A stretch of 64,000 nucleotides of DNA from the human T2T-CHM13v2.0 reference genome, Homo sapiens. The stretch lies in the NCBI RefSeq assembly GCF_009914755.1, contig NC_060948.1; one strand, written 5' to 3'. The notes beneath the pieces were generated by a model. That model was not told the DNA's origin, ran no database searches, and was given only the letters and a program-made list of their open reading frames with translations. Made by a program: the position numbers and the translations under genes. Below are positions 42,713 to 62,634 of the stretch, piece by piece; position 1 is the first letter of the stretch; each line of letters opens with the position of its first letter.

Positions 42713-44816
42713 AGATCCATATTTTTTAAATGAAAAAAAATTTCAAAGGTACTCTGCTTGGTACAATAATCAAATGTATAAACTGAGGAATAAAACATAA
42801 CCATGAAACCTACTTATAACTGCATATGGAAAATACAGAGGATAATTTTTTAAATAACATATTTTGAAAGCCTTAACTAGTAATTTGAAGAGTTGGCATT
42901 TGAAAGGCCAGTATGAATATACCTTCAAATCAGCAACACAGGTTCCCCATGAGAAAAAGCAAACTCAGGGAAAATAAAAACACAAAGGTTCAATCTCTTC
43001 TGACCTTTGAAAGACACAGCACAGACAGTGGTCCTTAGGACGAAGAGCAGGAGACCCCTAATTCCGTCACCATGGCGATAGGGCATAAACATTGCTGGGT
43101 GAGGGCACAATCCACATTGTGAGGTCCAACTGCTGCCAGGAAGACAGGAGTGCTTTTACGTAGACCGAAAGGTCATTGAAGGCTCAGAGTTTTGTTTCAA
43201 GAACTGAATCCCAAGCCCACACGTTATTAGGCTGCGCTTCTTAAAACAAGTTATGAGATGGGAAAAAGGGCACCCACAAACATACGTATACATTATGTAT
43301 ATAATAATATACAGTGTCATATATATAATATATATAACCTATGTATAATATTGTTTTACATCCTGCATCTTATGTTATATATATTGTATAAAATATAATA
43401 ATTGATAATATATAACTTTTATAATTATACAATATGACATATAGTATATATTATAATTTATGACATATATAATATATGTTATATATCATATACAGAATAT
43501 ATTATACGGTTAATATACGTATTAAATATAAATTATACATTATATATATTATATATAATATATCTGTTATATATAATACCCATTATGCATAATATATATA
43601 TTATGTCTATGTTATATATAGTATAAAACAACATATAGTAATATATAATTGTATATATAAATGCGACATATAATATATATTATATTTTATGACATATGTA
43701 ATATATATTATATATTATATATAATACGTTGTATGTATAATACCTATATTAAATATATATTATATGACTATGTTATTAATTACATGTCACATGTGTTATA
43801 TATTATATATTTTACATAGAATATACCGGTTACATACAATATATACCATGTTACCTATAATGTATAATTTATTACATGTAAAATAAAGAATGCAATATAT
43901 TATGTATAATTTATAATATACAATATGTGGAATGTGATATATATAACATATAATATATGATATATGATATACAGTATATGATATATAACATACAATATAT
44001 GATTCCTAATATATATGGTATACAATATATATTTTATGATATGTATTCTATATGTTTTATATTCTGTTATATATAACTATTTGAAATTATATATAACTGT
44101 ATAATATTTTATGTAAATATGTAATATAATATATATAACTATATAATATATTATATATAACTATATATTATGTTATATATACTTTTATAACAAAATTTAC
44201 ATAAAATTTCAAAATATAATATATATTATATTATTTCATATTACATAATATATATCACATATCACCCAATATAACTAACATACATAATATTATAATATAG
44301 ATTATATTATGTTATATTAAATATCATATATATCATGTATCATATATTCTATAATATATATTACACATTATATAATATGTATGTTGTCTATTATGTGATA
44401 TATATAACTATATATATAATTATATTTTTATACATATAACTAGATAAACATGTAATTCTACATATTTTCATTTATAATATGTAGAAGTATATAATCATAT
44501 ATAATTATTTATATTCTATAAAAAATTTTATCATTATATAAATTATAATATATAAAAATTATAATATGTACTACAAATATATATATTATATATCATATAT
44601 GATATAGTACCTTTGTTATATATCATAATACATATAAATGTGTATTATGTTATCTATAATCATATAATTTCATATATAAGATGTATAATATGTATCATAT
44701 ATTATATATGTTATGTAATATATATAGTATATATAAGATGACACAGGATAAATATTATATACTATGACATATAAAATATATCAGGTTATATGTTACATAT
44801 AAGGCATAGCACATAA

Positions 44817-45131
<315 letters not shown>

Positions 45132-47257
45132 AGATCCATATTTTTTAATGAAAAAAAATTTCAAAGGTACTCTGCTTGGTACAATAATCAAATGTATAAA
45201 CTGAGGAATAAAACATAACCATGAAACCTACTTATAACTGCATATGGAAAATACAGAGGATAATTTTTTAAATAACATAGTTTGAAAGCCTTAACTAGTA
45301 ATTTGAAGAGTTGGCATTTGAAAGGCCAGTATGAATATACCTTCAAAGCAGCAACACAGGTTCCCCATGAGAAAAAGCAAACACAGGGAAAATAAAAACA
45401 CAAAGGTTCAATCTCTTCTGACCTTTGAAAGACACAGCACAGACAGTGGTCCTTAGGACGAAGAGCAGGAGACCCCTAATTCCGTCACCATGGCGATAGG
45501 GCATAAACATTGCTGGGTGAGGGCACAATCCACATTGTGAGGTCCAACTGCTGCCAGGAAGACAGGAGTGCTTTTACGTAGACCGAAAGGTCATTGAAGG
45601 CTCAGAGTTTTGTTTCAAGAACTGAATCCCAAGCCCACACGTTATTAGGCTGCGCTTCTTAAAACAAGTTATGAGATGGGAAAAAGGGCACCCACAAACA
45701 TACGTATACATTATGTATATAATAATATACAGTGTCATATATATAATATATATAACCTATGTATAATATTGTTTTACATCCTGCATCTTATGTTATATAT
45801 ATTGTATAAAATATAATAATTGATAATATATAACTTTTATAATTATACAATATGACATATAGTATATATTATAATTTATGACATATATAATATATGTTAT
45901 ATATCATATACAGAATATATTATACGGTTAATATACGTATTAAATATAAATTATACATTATATATATTATATATAATATATCTGTTATATATAATACCCA
46001 TTATGCATAATATATATATTATGTCTATGTTATATATAGTATAAAACAACATATAATAATATATAATTGTATATATAAATGCGACATATAATATATATTA
46101 TATTTTATGACATATGTAATATATATTATATATTATATATAATACGTTGTATGTATAATACCTATATTAAATATATATTATATGACTATGTTATTAATTA
46201 CATGTCACATGTGTTATATATTATATATTTTACATAGAATATACCGGTTACCTACAATATATACCATGTTACCTATAATGTATAATTTATTACATGTAAA
46301 ATAAAGAATGCAATATATTATGTATAATTTATAATATACAATATGTGGAATGTGATATATATAACATATAATATATGATATATGATATACAGTATATGAT
46401 ATATAACATACAATATATGATTCCTAATATATATGGTATACAATATATATTTTATGATATGTATTCTATATGTTTTATATTCTGTTATATATAACTATTT
46501 GAAATTATATATAACTGTATAATATTTTATGTAAATATGTAATATAATATATATAACTATATAATATATTATATATAACTATATATTATGTTATATATAC
46601 TTTTATAACATAATTTACATAAAATATCATAATATAATATATATTATATTATTTCATATTACATAATATATATTACATATCAGCCAATATAACTAACATA
46701 CATAATATTATAATATAGATTATATTATGTTATATTAAATATCATATATATCATGTATCATATATTCTATAATATATATTACACATTATATAATATGTAT
46801 GTTGTCTATTATGTGATATATATAACTATATATATAATTATATTTTTATACATATAACTAGATAAACATGTAATTCTACATATTTTCATTTATAATATGT
46901 AGAAGTATATAATCATATATAATTATTTATATTCTATAAAAAATTTTATCATTATATAAATTATAATATATAAAAATTATAATATGTACTACAAATATAT
47001 ATATTATATATCATATATGATATAGTACCTTTGTTATATATCATAATACATATAAATGTGTATTATGTTATCTATAATTATATAATTTCATATATAAGAT
47101 GTATAATATGTATCATATATTATATATGTTATGTAATATATATAGTATATATAAGATGACACAGGATAAATATTATATACTATGACGTATAAAATATATC
47201 AGGTTATATGTTATATATAAGGCATAGCACATAACATGTAATATATATCATATATAA

Positions 47258-47549
47258 TTTTTTTTTAGACAGAATCTTGTCCTGTTGCACAGGGTGGGGT
47301 ACAATGGCGCCATCTTTGCTCACTGCAAATTCTGCCTCACGGGTCCAAGCGATTGTCCTCCCTCAGCCTCCCAGGTAGCTGGGACTACACCACACTGGGA
47401 CTACACCAGCTGCCACCATGCCTAGCTAATTTTTTGGATTTTTAGTAGTGACAGCGTTTCACTGTATTGGCCAGGATGGTCTTGATCTCTTCACCTTGTG
47501 ATCCCCTTGCCTTGGTCTCCAAATTTGCTGGGATTACAGGCCTGAGCCA
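47258..47549 (-). mobile_element. Alu, unit U20
   Basis: Copy of U1 Alu. Confidence 0.95.
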
Positions 47550-49676
47550 AGATCCATATTTTTTAAATGAAAAAAAATTTCAAAGGTACTCTGCTTGGTA
47601 CAATAATCAAATGTATAAACTGAGGAATAAAACATAACCATGAAACCTACTTATAACTGCATATGGAAAATACAGAGGATAATTTTTTAAATAACATAGT
47701 TTGAAAGCCTTAACTAGTAATTTGAAGAGTTGGCATTTGAAAGGCCAGTATGAATATACCTTCAAAGCAGCAACACAGGTTCCCCATGAGAAAAAGCAAA
47801 CACAGGGAAAATAAAAACACAAAGGTTCAATCTCTTCTGACCTTTGAAAGACACAGCACAGACAGTGGTCCTTAGGACGAAGAGCAGGAGACCCCTAATT
47901 CCGTCACCATGGCGATAGGGCATAAACATTGCTGGGTGAGGGCACAATCCACATTGTGAGGTCCAACTGCTGCCAGGAAGACAGGAGTGCTTTTACGTAG
48001 ACCGAAAGGTCATTGAAGGCTCAGAGTTTTGTTTCAAGAACTGAATCCCAAGCCCACACGTTATTAGGCTGCGCTTCTTAAAACAAGTTATGAGATGGGA
48101 AAAAGGGCACCCACAAACATACGTATACATTATGTATATAATAATATACAGTGTCATATATATAATATATATAACCTATGTATAATATTGTTTTACATCC
48201 TGCATCTTATGTTATATATATTGTATAAAATATAATAATTGATAATATATAACTTTTATAATTATACAATATGACATATAGTATATATTATAATTTATGA
48301 CATATATAATATATGTTATATATCATAAACAGAATATATTATACGGTTAATATACGTATTAAATATAAATTATACATTATATATATTATATATAATATAT
48401 CTGTTATATATAATACCCATTATGCATAATATATATATTATGTCTATGTTATATATAGTATAAAACAACATATAATAATATATAATTGTATATATAAATG
48501 CGACATATAATATATATTATATTTTATGACATATGTAATATATATTATATATTATATATAATACGTTGTATGTATAATACCTATATTAAATATATATTAT
48601 ATGACTATGTTATTAATTACATGTCACATGTGTTATATATTATATATTTTACATAGAATATACCGGTTACATACAATATATACCATGTTACCTATAATGT
48701 ATAATTTATTACATGTAAAATAAAGAATGCAATATATTATGTGTAATTTATAATATACAATATGTGGAATGTGATATATATAACATATAATATATGATAT
48801 ATGATATACAGTATATGATATATAACATACAATATATGATTCCTAATATATATGGTTTACAATATATATTTTATGATATGTATTCTATATGTTTTATATT
48901 CTGTTATATATAACTATTTGAAATTATATATAACTGTATAATATTTTATGTAAATATGTAATATAATATATATAACTATATAATATATTATATATAACTA
49001 TATATTATGTTATATATACTTTTATAACATAATTTACATAAAATATCACAATATAATATATATTATATTATTTCATATTACATAATATATATTACATATC
49101 ACCCAATATAACTAACATACATAATATTATAATATAGATTATATTATGTTATATTAAATATCATATATATCATGTATCATATATTCTATAATATATATTA
49201 CACATTATATAATATGTATGTTGTCTATTATGTGATATATATAACTATATATATAATTATATTTTTATACATATAACTAGATAAACATGTAATTCTACAT
49301 ATTTTCATTTATAATATGTAGAAGTATATAATCATATATAATTATTTATATTCTATAAAAAATTTTATCATTATATAAATTATAATATATAAAAATTATA
49401 ATATGTACTACAAATATATATATTATATATCATATATGATATAGTACCTTTGTTATATATCATAATACATATAAATGTGTATTATGTTATCTATAATTAT
49501 ATAATTTCATATATAAGATGTATAATATGTATCATATATTATATATGTTATGTAATATATATAGTATATATAAGATGACACAGGATAAATATTATATACT
49601 ATGACATATAAAATATATCAGGTTATATGTTACATATAAGGCATAGCACATAACATGTAATATATATCATATATAA

Positions 49677-49966
49677 TTTTTTTTAGACAGAATCTTGTCC
49701 TGTTGCACAGGGTGGGGTACAATGGCGCCATCTTTGCTCACTGCAACTTCTGCCTCACGGGTCCAAGCGATTGTCCTCCCTCAGCCTCCCAGGTAGCTGG
49801 GACTACACCACACTGGGACTACACTAGCTGCCACCATGCCTAGCTAATTTTTTGGATTTTTGTAGTGACAGCGTTTCACTGTATTGGCCAGGATGGTCTT
49901 GATCTCTTCACCTTGTGATCCCCTTGCCTTGGTCTCCAAATTTGCTGGGATTACAGGCCTGAGCCA
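49677..49966 (-). mobile_element. Alu, unit U21
   Basis: Copy of U1 Alu, 2 bp shorter (T8 tail and a 1-bp deletion in the linker). Confidence 0.95.
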
Positions 49967-52068
49967 AGATCCATATTTTTTAAATGAAAAAAAATTTCAA
50001 AGGTACTCTGCTTGGTACAATAATCAAATGTATAAACTGAGGAATAAAACATAACCATGAAACCTACTTATAACTGCATATGGAAAATACAGAGGATAAT
50101 TTTTTAAATAACATAGTTTGAAAGCCTTAACTAGTAATTTGAAGAGTTGGCATTTGAAAGGCCAGTATGAATATACCTTCAAAGCAGCAACACAGGTTCC
50201 CCATGAGAAAAAGCAAACACAGGGAAAATAAAAACACAAAGGTTCAATCTCTTCTGACCTTTGAAAGACACAGCACAGACAGTGGTCCTTAGGACGAAGA
50301 GCAGGAGACCCCTAATTCCGTCACCATGGCGATAGGGCATAAACATTGCTGGGTGAGGGCACAATCCACATTGTGAGGTCCAACTGCTGCCAGGAAGACA
50401 GGAGTGCTTTTACATAGACCGAAAGGTCATTGAAGGCTCAGAGTTTTGTTTCAAGAACTGAATCCCAAGCCCACACGTTATTAGGCTGCGCTTCTTAAAA
50501 CAAGTTATGAGATGGGAAAAAGGGCACCCACAAACATACGTATACATTATGTATATAATAATATACAGTGTCATATATATAATATATATAACCTATGTAT
50601 AATATTGTTTTACATCCTGCATCTTATGTTATATATATTGTATAAAATATAATAATTGATAATATATAACTTTTATAATTATACAATATGACATATAGTA
50701 TATATTATAATTTATGACATATATAATATATGTTATATATCATATACAGAATATATTATACGGTTAATATACGTATTAAATATAAATTATACATTATATA
50801 TATTATATATAATATATCTGTTATATATAATACCCATTATGCATAATATATATATTATGTCTATGTTATATATAGTATAAAACAACATATAGTAATATAT
50901 AATTGTATATATAAATGCGACATATAATATATATTATATTTTATGACATATGTAATATATATTATATATTATATATAATACGTTGTATGTATAATACCTA
51001 TATTAAATATATATTATATGACTATGTTATTAATTACATGTCACATGTGTTATATATTATATATTTTACATAGAATATACCGGTTACATACAATATATAC
51101 CATGTTACCTATAATGTATAATTTATTACATGTAAAATAAAGAATGCAATATATTATGTATAATTTATAATATACAATATGTGGAATGTGATATATATAA
51201 CATATAATATATGATATATGATATACAGTATATGATATATAACATACAATATATGATTCCTAATATATATGGTATACAATATATATTTTATGATATGTAT
51301 TCTATATGTTTTATATTCTGTTATATATAACTTTGAAATTATATATAACTGTATAATATTTTATGTAAATATGTAATATAATATATATAACTATATAATA
51401 TATTATATATAACTATATATTATGTTATATATACTTTTATAACATAATTTACATAAAATATCATAATATAATATATATTATATTATTTCATATTACATAA
51501 TATATATCACATATCACCCAATATAACTAACATACATAATATTATAATATAGATTATATTATGTTATATTAAATATCATATATATCATGTATCATATATT
51601 CTATAATATATATTACACATTATATAATATGTATGTTGTCTATTATGTGATATATATAACTATATATATAATTATATTTTTATACATATAACTAGATAAA
51701 CATGTAATTCTACATATTTTCATTTATAATATGTAGAAGTATATAATCATATATAATTATTTATATTCTATAAAAAATTTTATCATTATATAAATTATAA
51801 TATATAAAAATTATAATATGTACTACAAATATATATATTATATATCATATATGATATAGTACCTTTGTTATATATCATAATACATATAAATGTGTATTAT
51901 GTTATCTATAATTATATAATTTCATATATAAGATGTATAATATGTATCATATATTATATATGTTATGTAATATATATAGTATATATAAGATGACACAGGA
52001 TAAATATTATATACTATGACATATAAAATATATCAGGTTATATGTTACATATAAGACATAGCACATAA

Positions 52069-52383
<315 letters not shown>

Positions 52384-54487
52384 AGATCCATATTTTTTAA
52401 ATGAAAAAAAATTTCAAAGGTACTCTGCTTGGTACAATAATCAAATGTATAAACTGAGGAATAAAACATAACCATGAAACCTACTTATAACTGCATATGG
52501 AAAATACAGAGGATAATTTTTTAAATAACATAGTTTGAAAGCCTTAACTAGTAATTTGAAGAGTTGGCATTTGAAAGGCCAGTATGAATATACCTTCAAA
52601 GCAGCAACACAGGTTCCCCATGAGAAAAAGCAAACACAGGGAAAATAAAAACACAAAGGTTCAATCTCTTCTGACCTTTGAAAGACACAGCACAGACAGT
52701 GGTCCTTAGGACGAAGAGCAGGAGACCCCTAATTCCGTCACCATGGCGATAGGGCATAAACATTGCTGGGTGAGGGCACAATCCACATTGTGAGGTCCAA
52801 CTGCTGCCAGGAAGACAGGAGTGCTTTTACGTAGACCGAAAGGTCATTGAAGGCTCAGAGTTTTGTTTCAAGAACTGAATCCCAAGCCCACACGTTATTA
52901 GGCGGCGCTTCTTAAAACAAGTTATGAGATGGGAAAAAGGGCACCCACAAACATACGTATACATTATGTATATAATAATATACAGTGTCATATATATAAT
53001 ATATATAACCTATGTATAATATTGTTTTACATCCTGCATCTTATGTTATATATATTGTATAAAATATAATAATTGATAATATATAACTTTTATAATTATA
53101 CAATATGACATATAGTATATATTATAATTTATGACATATATAATATATGTTATATATCATATACAGAATATATTATACGGTTAATATACGTATTAAATAT
53201 AAATTATACATTATATATATTATATATAATATATCTGTTATATATAATACCCATTATGCATAATATATATATTATGTCTATGTTATATATAGTATAAAAC
53301 AACATATAATAATATATAATTGTATATATAAATGCGACATATAATATATATTATATTTTATGACATATGTAATATATATTATATATTATATATAATACGT
53401 TGTATGTATAATACCTATATTAAATATATATTATATGACTATGTTATTAATTACATGTCACATGTGTTATATATTATATATTTTACATAGAATATACCGG
53501 TTACATACAATATATACCATGTTACCTATAATGTATAATTTATTACATGTAAAATAAAGAATGCAATATATTATGTATAATTTATAATATACAATATGTG
53601 GAATGTGATATATATAACATATAATATATGATATATGATATACAGTATATGATATATAACATACAATATATGATTCCTAATATATATGGTATACAATATA
53701 TATTTTATGATATGTATTCTATATGTTTTATATTCTGTTATATATAACTATTTGAAATTATATATAACTGTATAATATTTTATGTAAATATGTAATATAA
53801 TATATATAACTATATAATATATTATATATAACTATATATTATGTTATATATACTTTTATAACATAATTTACATAAAATATCATAATATAATATATATTAT
53901 ATTATTTCATATTACATAATATATATCACATATCACCCAATATAACTAACATACATAATATTATAATATAGATTATATTATGTTATATTAAATATCATAT
54001 ATATCATGTATCATATATTCTATAATATATATTACACATTATATAATATGTATGTTGTCTATTATGTGATATATATAACTATATATATAATTATATTTTT
54101 ATACATATAACTAGATAAACATGTAATTCTACATATTTTCATTTATACTATGTAGAAGTATATAATCATATATAATTATTTATATTCTATAAAAAATTTT
54201 ATCATTATATAAATTATAATATATAAAAATTATAATATGTACTACAAATATATATATTATATATCATATATGATATAGTACCTTTGTTATATATCATAAT
54301 ACATATAAATGTGTATTATGTTATCTATAATTATATAATTTCATATATAAGATGTATAATATGTATCATATATTATATATGTTATGTAATATATATAGTA
54401 TATATAAGATGACACAGGATAAATATTATATACTATGACATATAAAATATATCAGGTTATATGTTACATATAAGGCATAGCACATAA

Positions 54488-54802
<315 letters not shown>

Positions 54803-56906
54803 AGATCCATATTTTTTAAATGAAAAAAAATTTCAAAGGTACTCTGCTTGGTACAATAATCAAATGTATAAACTGAGGAATAAAACATAACCATGAAACC
54901 TACTTATAACTGCATATGGAAAATACAGAGGATAATTTTTTAAATAACATAGTTTGAAAGCCTTAACTAGTAATTTGAAGAGTTGGCATTTGAAAGGCCA
55001 GTATGAATATACCTTCAAAGCAGCAACACAGGTTCCCCATGAGAAAAAGCAAACACAGGGAAAATAAAAACACAAAGGTTCAATCTCTTCTGACCTTTGA
55101 AAGACACAGCACAGACAGTGGTCCTTAGGACGAAGAGCAGGAGACCCCTAATTCCGTCACCATGGCGATAGGGCATAAACATTGCTGGGTGAGGGCACAA
55201 TCCACATTGTGAGGTCCAACTGCTGCCAGGAAGACAGGAGTGCTTTTACGTAGACCGAAAGGTCATTGAAGGCTCAGAGTTTTGTTTCAAGAACTGAATC
55301 CCAAGCCCACACGTTATTAGGCTGCGCTTCTTAAAACAAGTTATGAGATGGGAAAAAGGGCACCCACAAACATACGTATACATTATGTATATAATAATAT
55401 ACAGTGTCATATATATAATATATATAACCTATGTATAATATTGTTTTACATCCTGCATCTTATGTTATATATATTGTATAAAATATAATAATTGATAATA
55501 TATAACTTTTATAATTATACAATATGACATATAGTATATATTATAATTTATGACATATATAATATGTGTTATATATCATATACAGAATATATTATACGGT
55601 TAATATACGTATTAAATATAAATTATACATTATATATATTATATATAATATATCTGTTATATATAATACCCATTATGCATAATATATATATTATGTCTAT
55701 GTTATATATAGTATAAAACAACATATAATAATATATAATTGTATATATAAATGCGACATATAATATATATTATATTTTATGACATATGTAATATATATTA
55801 TATATTATATATAATACGTTGTATGTATAATACCTATATTAAATATATATTATATGACTATGTTATTAATTACATGTCACATGTGTTATATATTATATAT
55901 TTTACATAGAATATACCGGTTACCTACAATATATACCATGTTACCTATAATGTATAATTTATTACATGTAAAATAAAGAATGCAATATATTATGTATAAT
56001 TTATAATATACAATATGTGGAATGTGATATATATAACATATAATATATGATATATGATATACAGTATATGATATATAACATACAATATATGATTCCTAAT
56101 ATATATGGTATACAATATATATTTTATGATATGTATTCTATATGTTTTATATTCTGTTATATATAACTATTTGAAATTATACATAACTGTATAATATTTT
56201 ATGTAAATATGTAATATAATATATATAACTATATAATATATTATATATAACTATATATTATGTTATATATACTTTTATAACATAATTTACATAAAATATC
56301 ATAATATAATATATATTATATTATTTCATATTACATAATATATATTACATATCAGCCAATATAACTAACATACATAATATTATAATATAGATTATATTAT
56401 GTTATATTAAATATCATATATATCATGTATCATATATTCTATAATATATATTACACATTATATAATATGTATGTTGTCTATTATGTGATATATATAACTA
56501 TATATATAATTATATTTTTATACATATAACTAGATAAACATGTAATTCTACATATTTTCATTTATAATATGTAGAAGTATATAATCATATATAATTATTT
56601 ATATTCTATAAAAAATTTTATCATTATATAAATTATAATATATAAAAATTATAATATGTACTACAAATATATATATTATATATCATATATGATATAGTAC
56701 CTTTGTTATATATCATAATACATATAAATGTGTATTATGTTATCTATAATTTTATAATTTCATATATAAGATGTATAATATGTATCATATATTATATATG
56801 TTATGTAATATATATAGTATATATAAGATGACACAGGATAAATATTATATACTATGACATATAAAATATATCAGGTTATATGTTACATATAAGGCATAGC
56901 ACATAA

Positions 56907-57221
<315 letters not shown>

Positions 57222-59349
57222 AGATCCATATTTTTTAAATGAAAAAAAATTTCAAAGGTACTCTGCTTGGTACAATAATCAAATGTATAAACTGAGGAAT
57301 AAAACATAACCATGAAACCTACTTATAACTGCATATGGAAAATACAGAGGATAATTTTTTAAATAACATATTTTGAAAGCCTTAACTAGTAATTTGAAGA
57401 GCTGGCATTTGAAAGGCCAGTATGAATATACCTTCAAAGCAGCAACACAGGTTCCCCATGAGAAAAAGCAAACACAGGGAAAATAAAAACACAAAGGTTC
57501 AATCTCTTCTGACCTTTGAAAGACACAGCACAGACAGTGGTCCTTAGGACGAAGAGCAGGAGACCCCTAATTCCGTCACCATGGCGATAGGGCATAAACA
57601 TTGCTGGGTGAGGGCACAATCCACATTGTGAGGTCCAACTGCTGCCAGGAAGACAGGAGTGCTTTTACATAGATCGAAAGGTCATTGAAGGCTCAGAGTT
57701 TTGTTTCAAGAACTGAATCCCAAGCCCACACGTTATTAGGCTGCGCTTCTTAAAACAAGTTATGAGATGGGAAAAAGGGCACCCACAAACATACGTATAC
57801 ATTATGTATATAATAATATACAGTATCATATATAAAATATGTATAACCAATGTATAATATTGTTTTACATCCTGCATCTTATATTATATATATTGTATAA
57901 AATATAATAATTGATAATATATAAGTTTTATATTTATACAATATGACATATAGTATATATTATACTTTATGACATATATAATATATGTTATATATCATAT
58001 ATAGAATATATTATACGGTTAATATACGTATTAAATATAAATTATACATTATATATATTATATAAAATATATCTGTTATATATAATACCCATTATGCATA
58101 ATATATATATTATGTCTATGTTATATATACTATAAAACAACATATAATAATATATAATTGTATATATAAAATGCGACATATAATATATATTATATTTTAT
58201 GACATATGTAATATATATTATATATTATATATAATACGTTGTATGTATAATACCTATATTGAATATATATTATATGACTATGTTATTAATTACATGTCAC
58301 ATATGTTATATATTATATATTTTACATAGAATATACCGGTTACATACAATATATACTATGTTACCTATAATGTATAATTGATTACATGTAAAATAAAGAA
58401 TGCAATATATTATGTATAATTTATAATATACAATATGTGGAATGTGATATATATAACATATAATATATGATATATGATATACAGTATATGATATATAACA
58501 TACAATATATGATACCTAATATATATGGTATACAATATATATTTTAAGTTATGTATTCTATATGTTTTATATTCTGTTATATATAACTATTTGAAATTAT
58601 ATATAACTGTATAATATTTTATGTAAATATGTAATATAATATATATAACTATATAATATATTATAAATAACTATATATTATGTTATATATACTTTTATAA
58701 CATAATTTACATAAAATGTCATAATATAATATATATTATATTATTTCACATTACATAATATATATTACATATCACCCAATATAAGTAACATACATAATAT
58801 TATAATATAGATTATATTATGTTATATTAAATATCATATATATCATGTATCATATATTCTATAATATATATTACACATTATATAATATGTATGTTGTCTA
58901 TTTTGTGATATATAAAACTATATATATAATTATATTATTATACATATAACTAGATAAACATGTAATTCTACATATTTTCATTTGTAATATATAGAATTAT
59001 ATAATCATATATAATTATTTATATTCTATAAAAAATTATATCATTATATAAATTATAATATAAAAAAATTATAATATGTACTACAAATATACATATTATA
59101 TATCATATATGATATAGTACCTTTGTTATATATCATAATACATATAAATGTGTATTATGTTATCTATAATTATATAATTTCATATATAAGATGTATAATA
59201 TGTATTATATATTGTCTATGTTATGTAATATATATAGTATATGTAAGCTGACACAGGATAAATATTATATACTATGACATATAAAATATATGAGGTTATA
59301 TGTTACATATAAGGCATAGCACATAACATGTAATATATATCATATATAA

Positions 59350-59641
<292 letters not shown>

Positions 59642-61739
59642 AGATCCATATTTTTTAAATGAAAAAAAATTTCAAAGGTACTCTGCTTGGTACAATAATC
59701 AAATGTATAAACTGAGGAATAAAACATAACCATGAAACCTACTTAAAACTGCATATGGAAAACACAGAGGATAATTTTTTAAATAACATATTTTGAAAGC
59801 CTTAACTAGTAATTTGAAGAGTTGGCATTTGAAAGGCCAGTATGAATATACCTTCAAAGCAGCAACACAGGTTCCCCATGAGAAAAAGCAAACTCAGGGA
59901 AAATAAAACCACAAAGGTTCAATCTCTTCTGACCTTTGAAAGACACAGCACAGACAGTGGTCCTTAGGACGAAGAGCAGGAGACCCCTAATTCCGTCACC
60001 ATGGCGATAGGGCATAAACATTGCTGGGTGAGGGCACAATCCACATTGAGAGGTCCAACTGCTGCCAGGAAGACAGGAGTGCTTTTACATAGACCGAAAG
60101 GTCATTGAAGGCTCAGAGTTTTGTTTCAAGAACTGAATCCCAAGCCCACACGTTATTAGGCTGCGCTTCTTAAAACAAGTTATGAGATGGGAAAAAGGGC
60201 ACCCACAAACATACGTATACATTATGTATATAATAATATACAGTATCATATATATAATATATATAACCTATGTATAATATTGTTTTACATCATGCATTTT
60301 ATATTATATATATTGTATAAAATATAATAATTCATAATATATAACGTTTATATTTATACAATATGACATATAGTATATATTATAATTTATGACATATATA
60401 ATATATGTTATATATCATATATAGAATATATTATACGGTTAATATACGTATTAAATATAAATTATACATTATATATATTATATAAAATATATCTGTTATA
60501 TATAATACCCTTTATGCATAATATATATATTATGTCTATGTTATATATAGTATAAAACAACATATAATAATATATAATTGTATATATAAAATGCGATATA
60601 TAATATATATTATATTTTATGACATATGTAATATATATTATATATTATATATAATACGTTGTATGTATAATACCTATATTAAATATATATTATATGACTA
60701 TGTTATTAATTACATGTCACATATGTTATATATTACATATTTTACATAGAATATACCGGTTACATGCAATATATACTATGTTACCTATAATGTATAATTG
60801 ATTACATATAAAATAAAGAATGCAATATATTATGTATAATTTATAATATACAATATGTGGAATGTGATATATATAACATATAATATATGATATATGATAT
60901 ACAGTATATGATATATAACATACAATATATGATACCTAATATATATGGTATACAATATATATTTTATGATATGTATTCTATATGTTTTATATTCTGTTAT
61001 ATATAACTATTTGAAATTATATATAACTGTATAATATTTTATGCAAATATGTAATATAATATATATAACCATATAATATATTATATATAACTATATATTA
61101 TGTTATATATACTTTTATAACATAATTTACATTAAATATCATAATATAATATATATTATATTATTTCACATTACATAATATATATTACATATCACCCAAT
61201 ATAAGTAACATACATAATATTATAATATAGATTATATTATGTTATATTAAATATCATATATATCATGTATCATATATTCTATAATATATATTACACATTA
61301 TATAATATGTATGTTGTCTATTATGTGATATATATAACTATATATATAATTATATTATTATACATATAACTAGATAAACATGTAATTCTACATATTTTCA
61401 TTTATAATATATAGAATTATATAATCATATATAATTATTTATATTCTATAAAAAATTATATCATTATATAAATTATAATATAAAAAAATTATAATATGTA
61501 CTACAAATATATATATTATATATCATATATGATATAGTACCTTTGTTATATATCATAATACATATAAATGTGTATTATGTTATCTATAATTATATAATTT
61601 CATATATAAGATGTATAATATGTATTATATATTGTATATGTTATGTAATATATATAGTATATATAAGCTGACACAGGATAAATAGTATATACTATGACAT
61701 ATAAAATATATGAGGTTATATGTTACATATAAGGCATAG

Positions 61740-62060
<321 letters not shown>

Positions 62061-62634
62061 AGATCCATATTTTTTAAATGAAAAAAAATTTCAAAGGTAC
62101 TCTGCTTGGTACAATAATCAAATGTATAAACTGAGGAATAAAACATAACCATGAAACCTACTTATAACTGCATATGGAAAATACAGAGGATAATTTTTTA
62201 AATAACATATTTTGAAAGCCTTAACTAGTAATTTGAAGAGTTGGCATTTGTAAGGCCAGTATGAATATACCTTCAAAGCAGCAACACAGGTTCCCCATGA
62301 GAAAAAGCAAACTCAGGGAAAATAAAACCACAAAGGTTCAATCTCTTCTGACCTTTGAAAGACACAGCACAGACAGTGGTCCTTAGGACGAAGAGCAGGA
62401 GACCCCTAATTCCGTCACCATGGCGATAGGGCATAAACATTGCTGGGTGAGGGCACAATCCACATTGTGAGGTCCAACTGCTGCCAGGAAGACAGGAGTG
62501 CTTTTACATAGACCGAAAGGTCATTGAAGGCTCAGAGTTTTGTTTCAAGAACTGAATCCCAAGCCCACACGTTATTAGGCTGCGCTTCTTAAAACAAGTT
62601 ATGAGATGGGAAAAAGGGCACCCACAAACATACG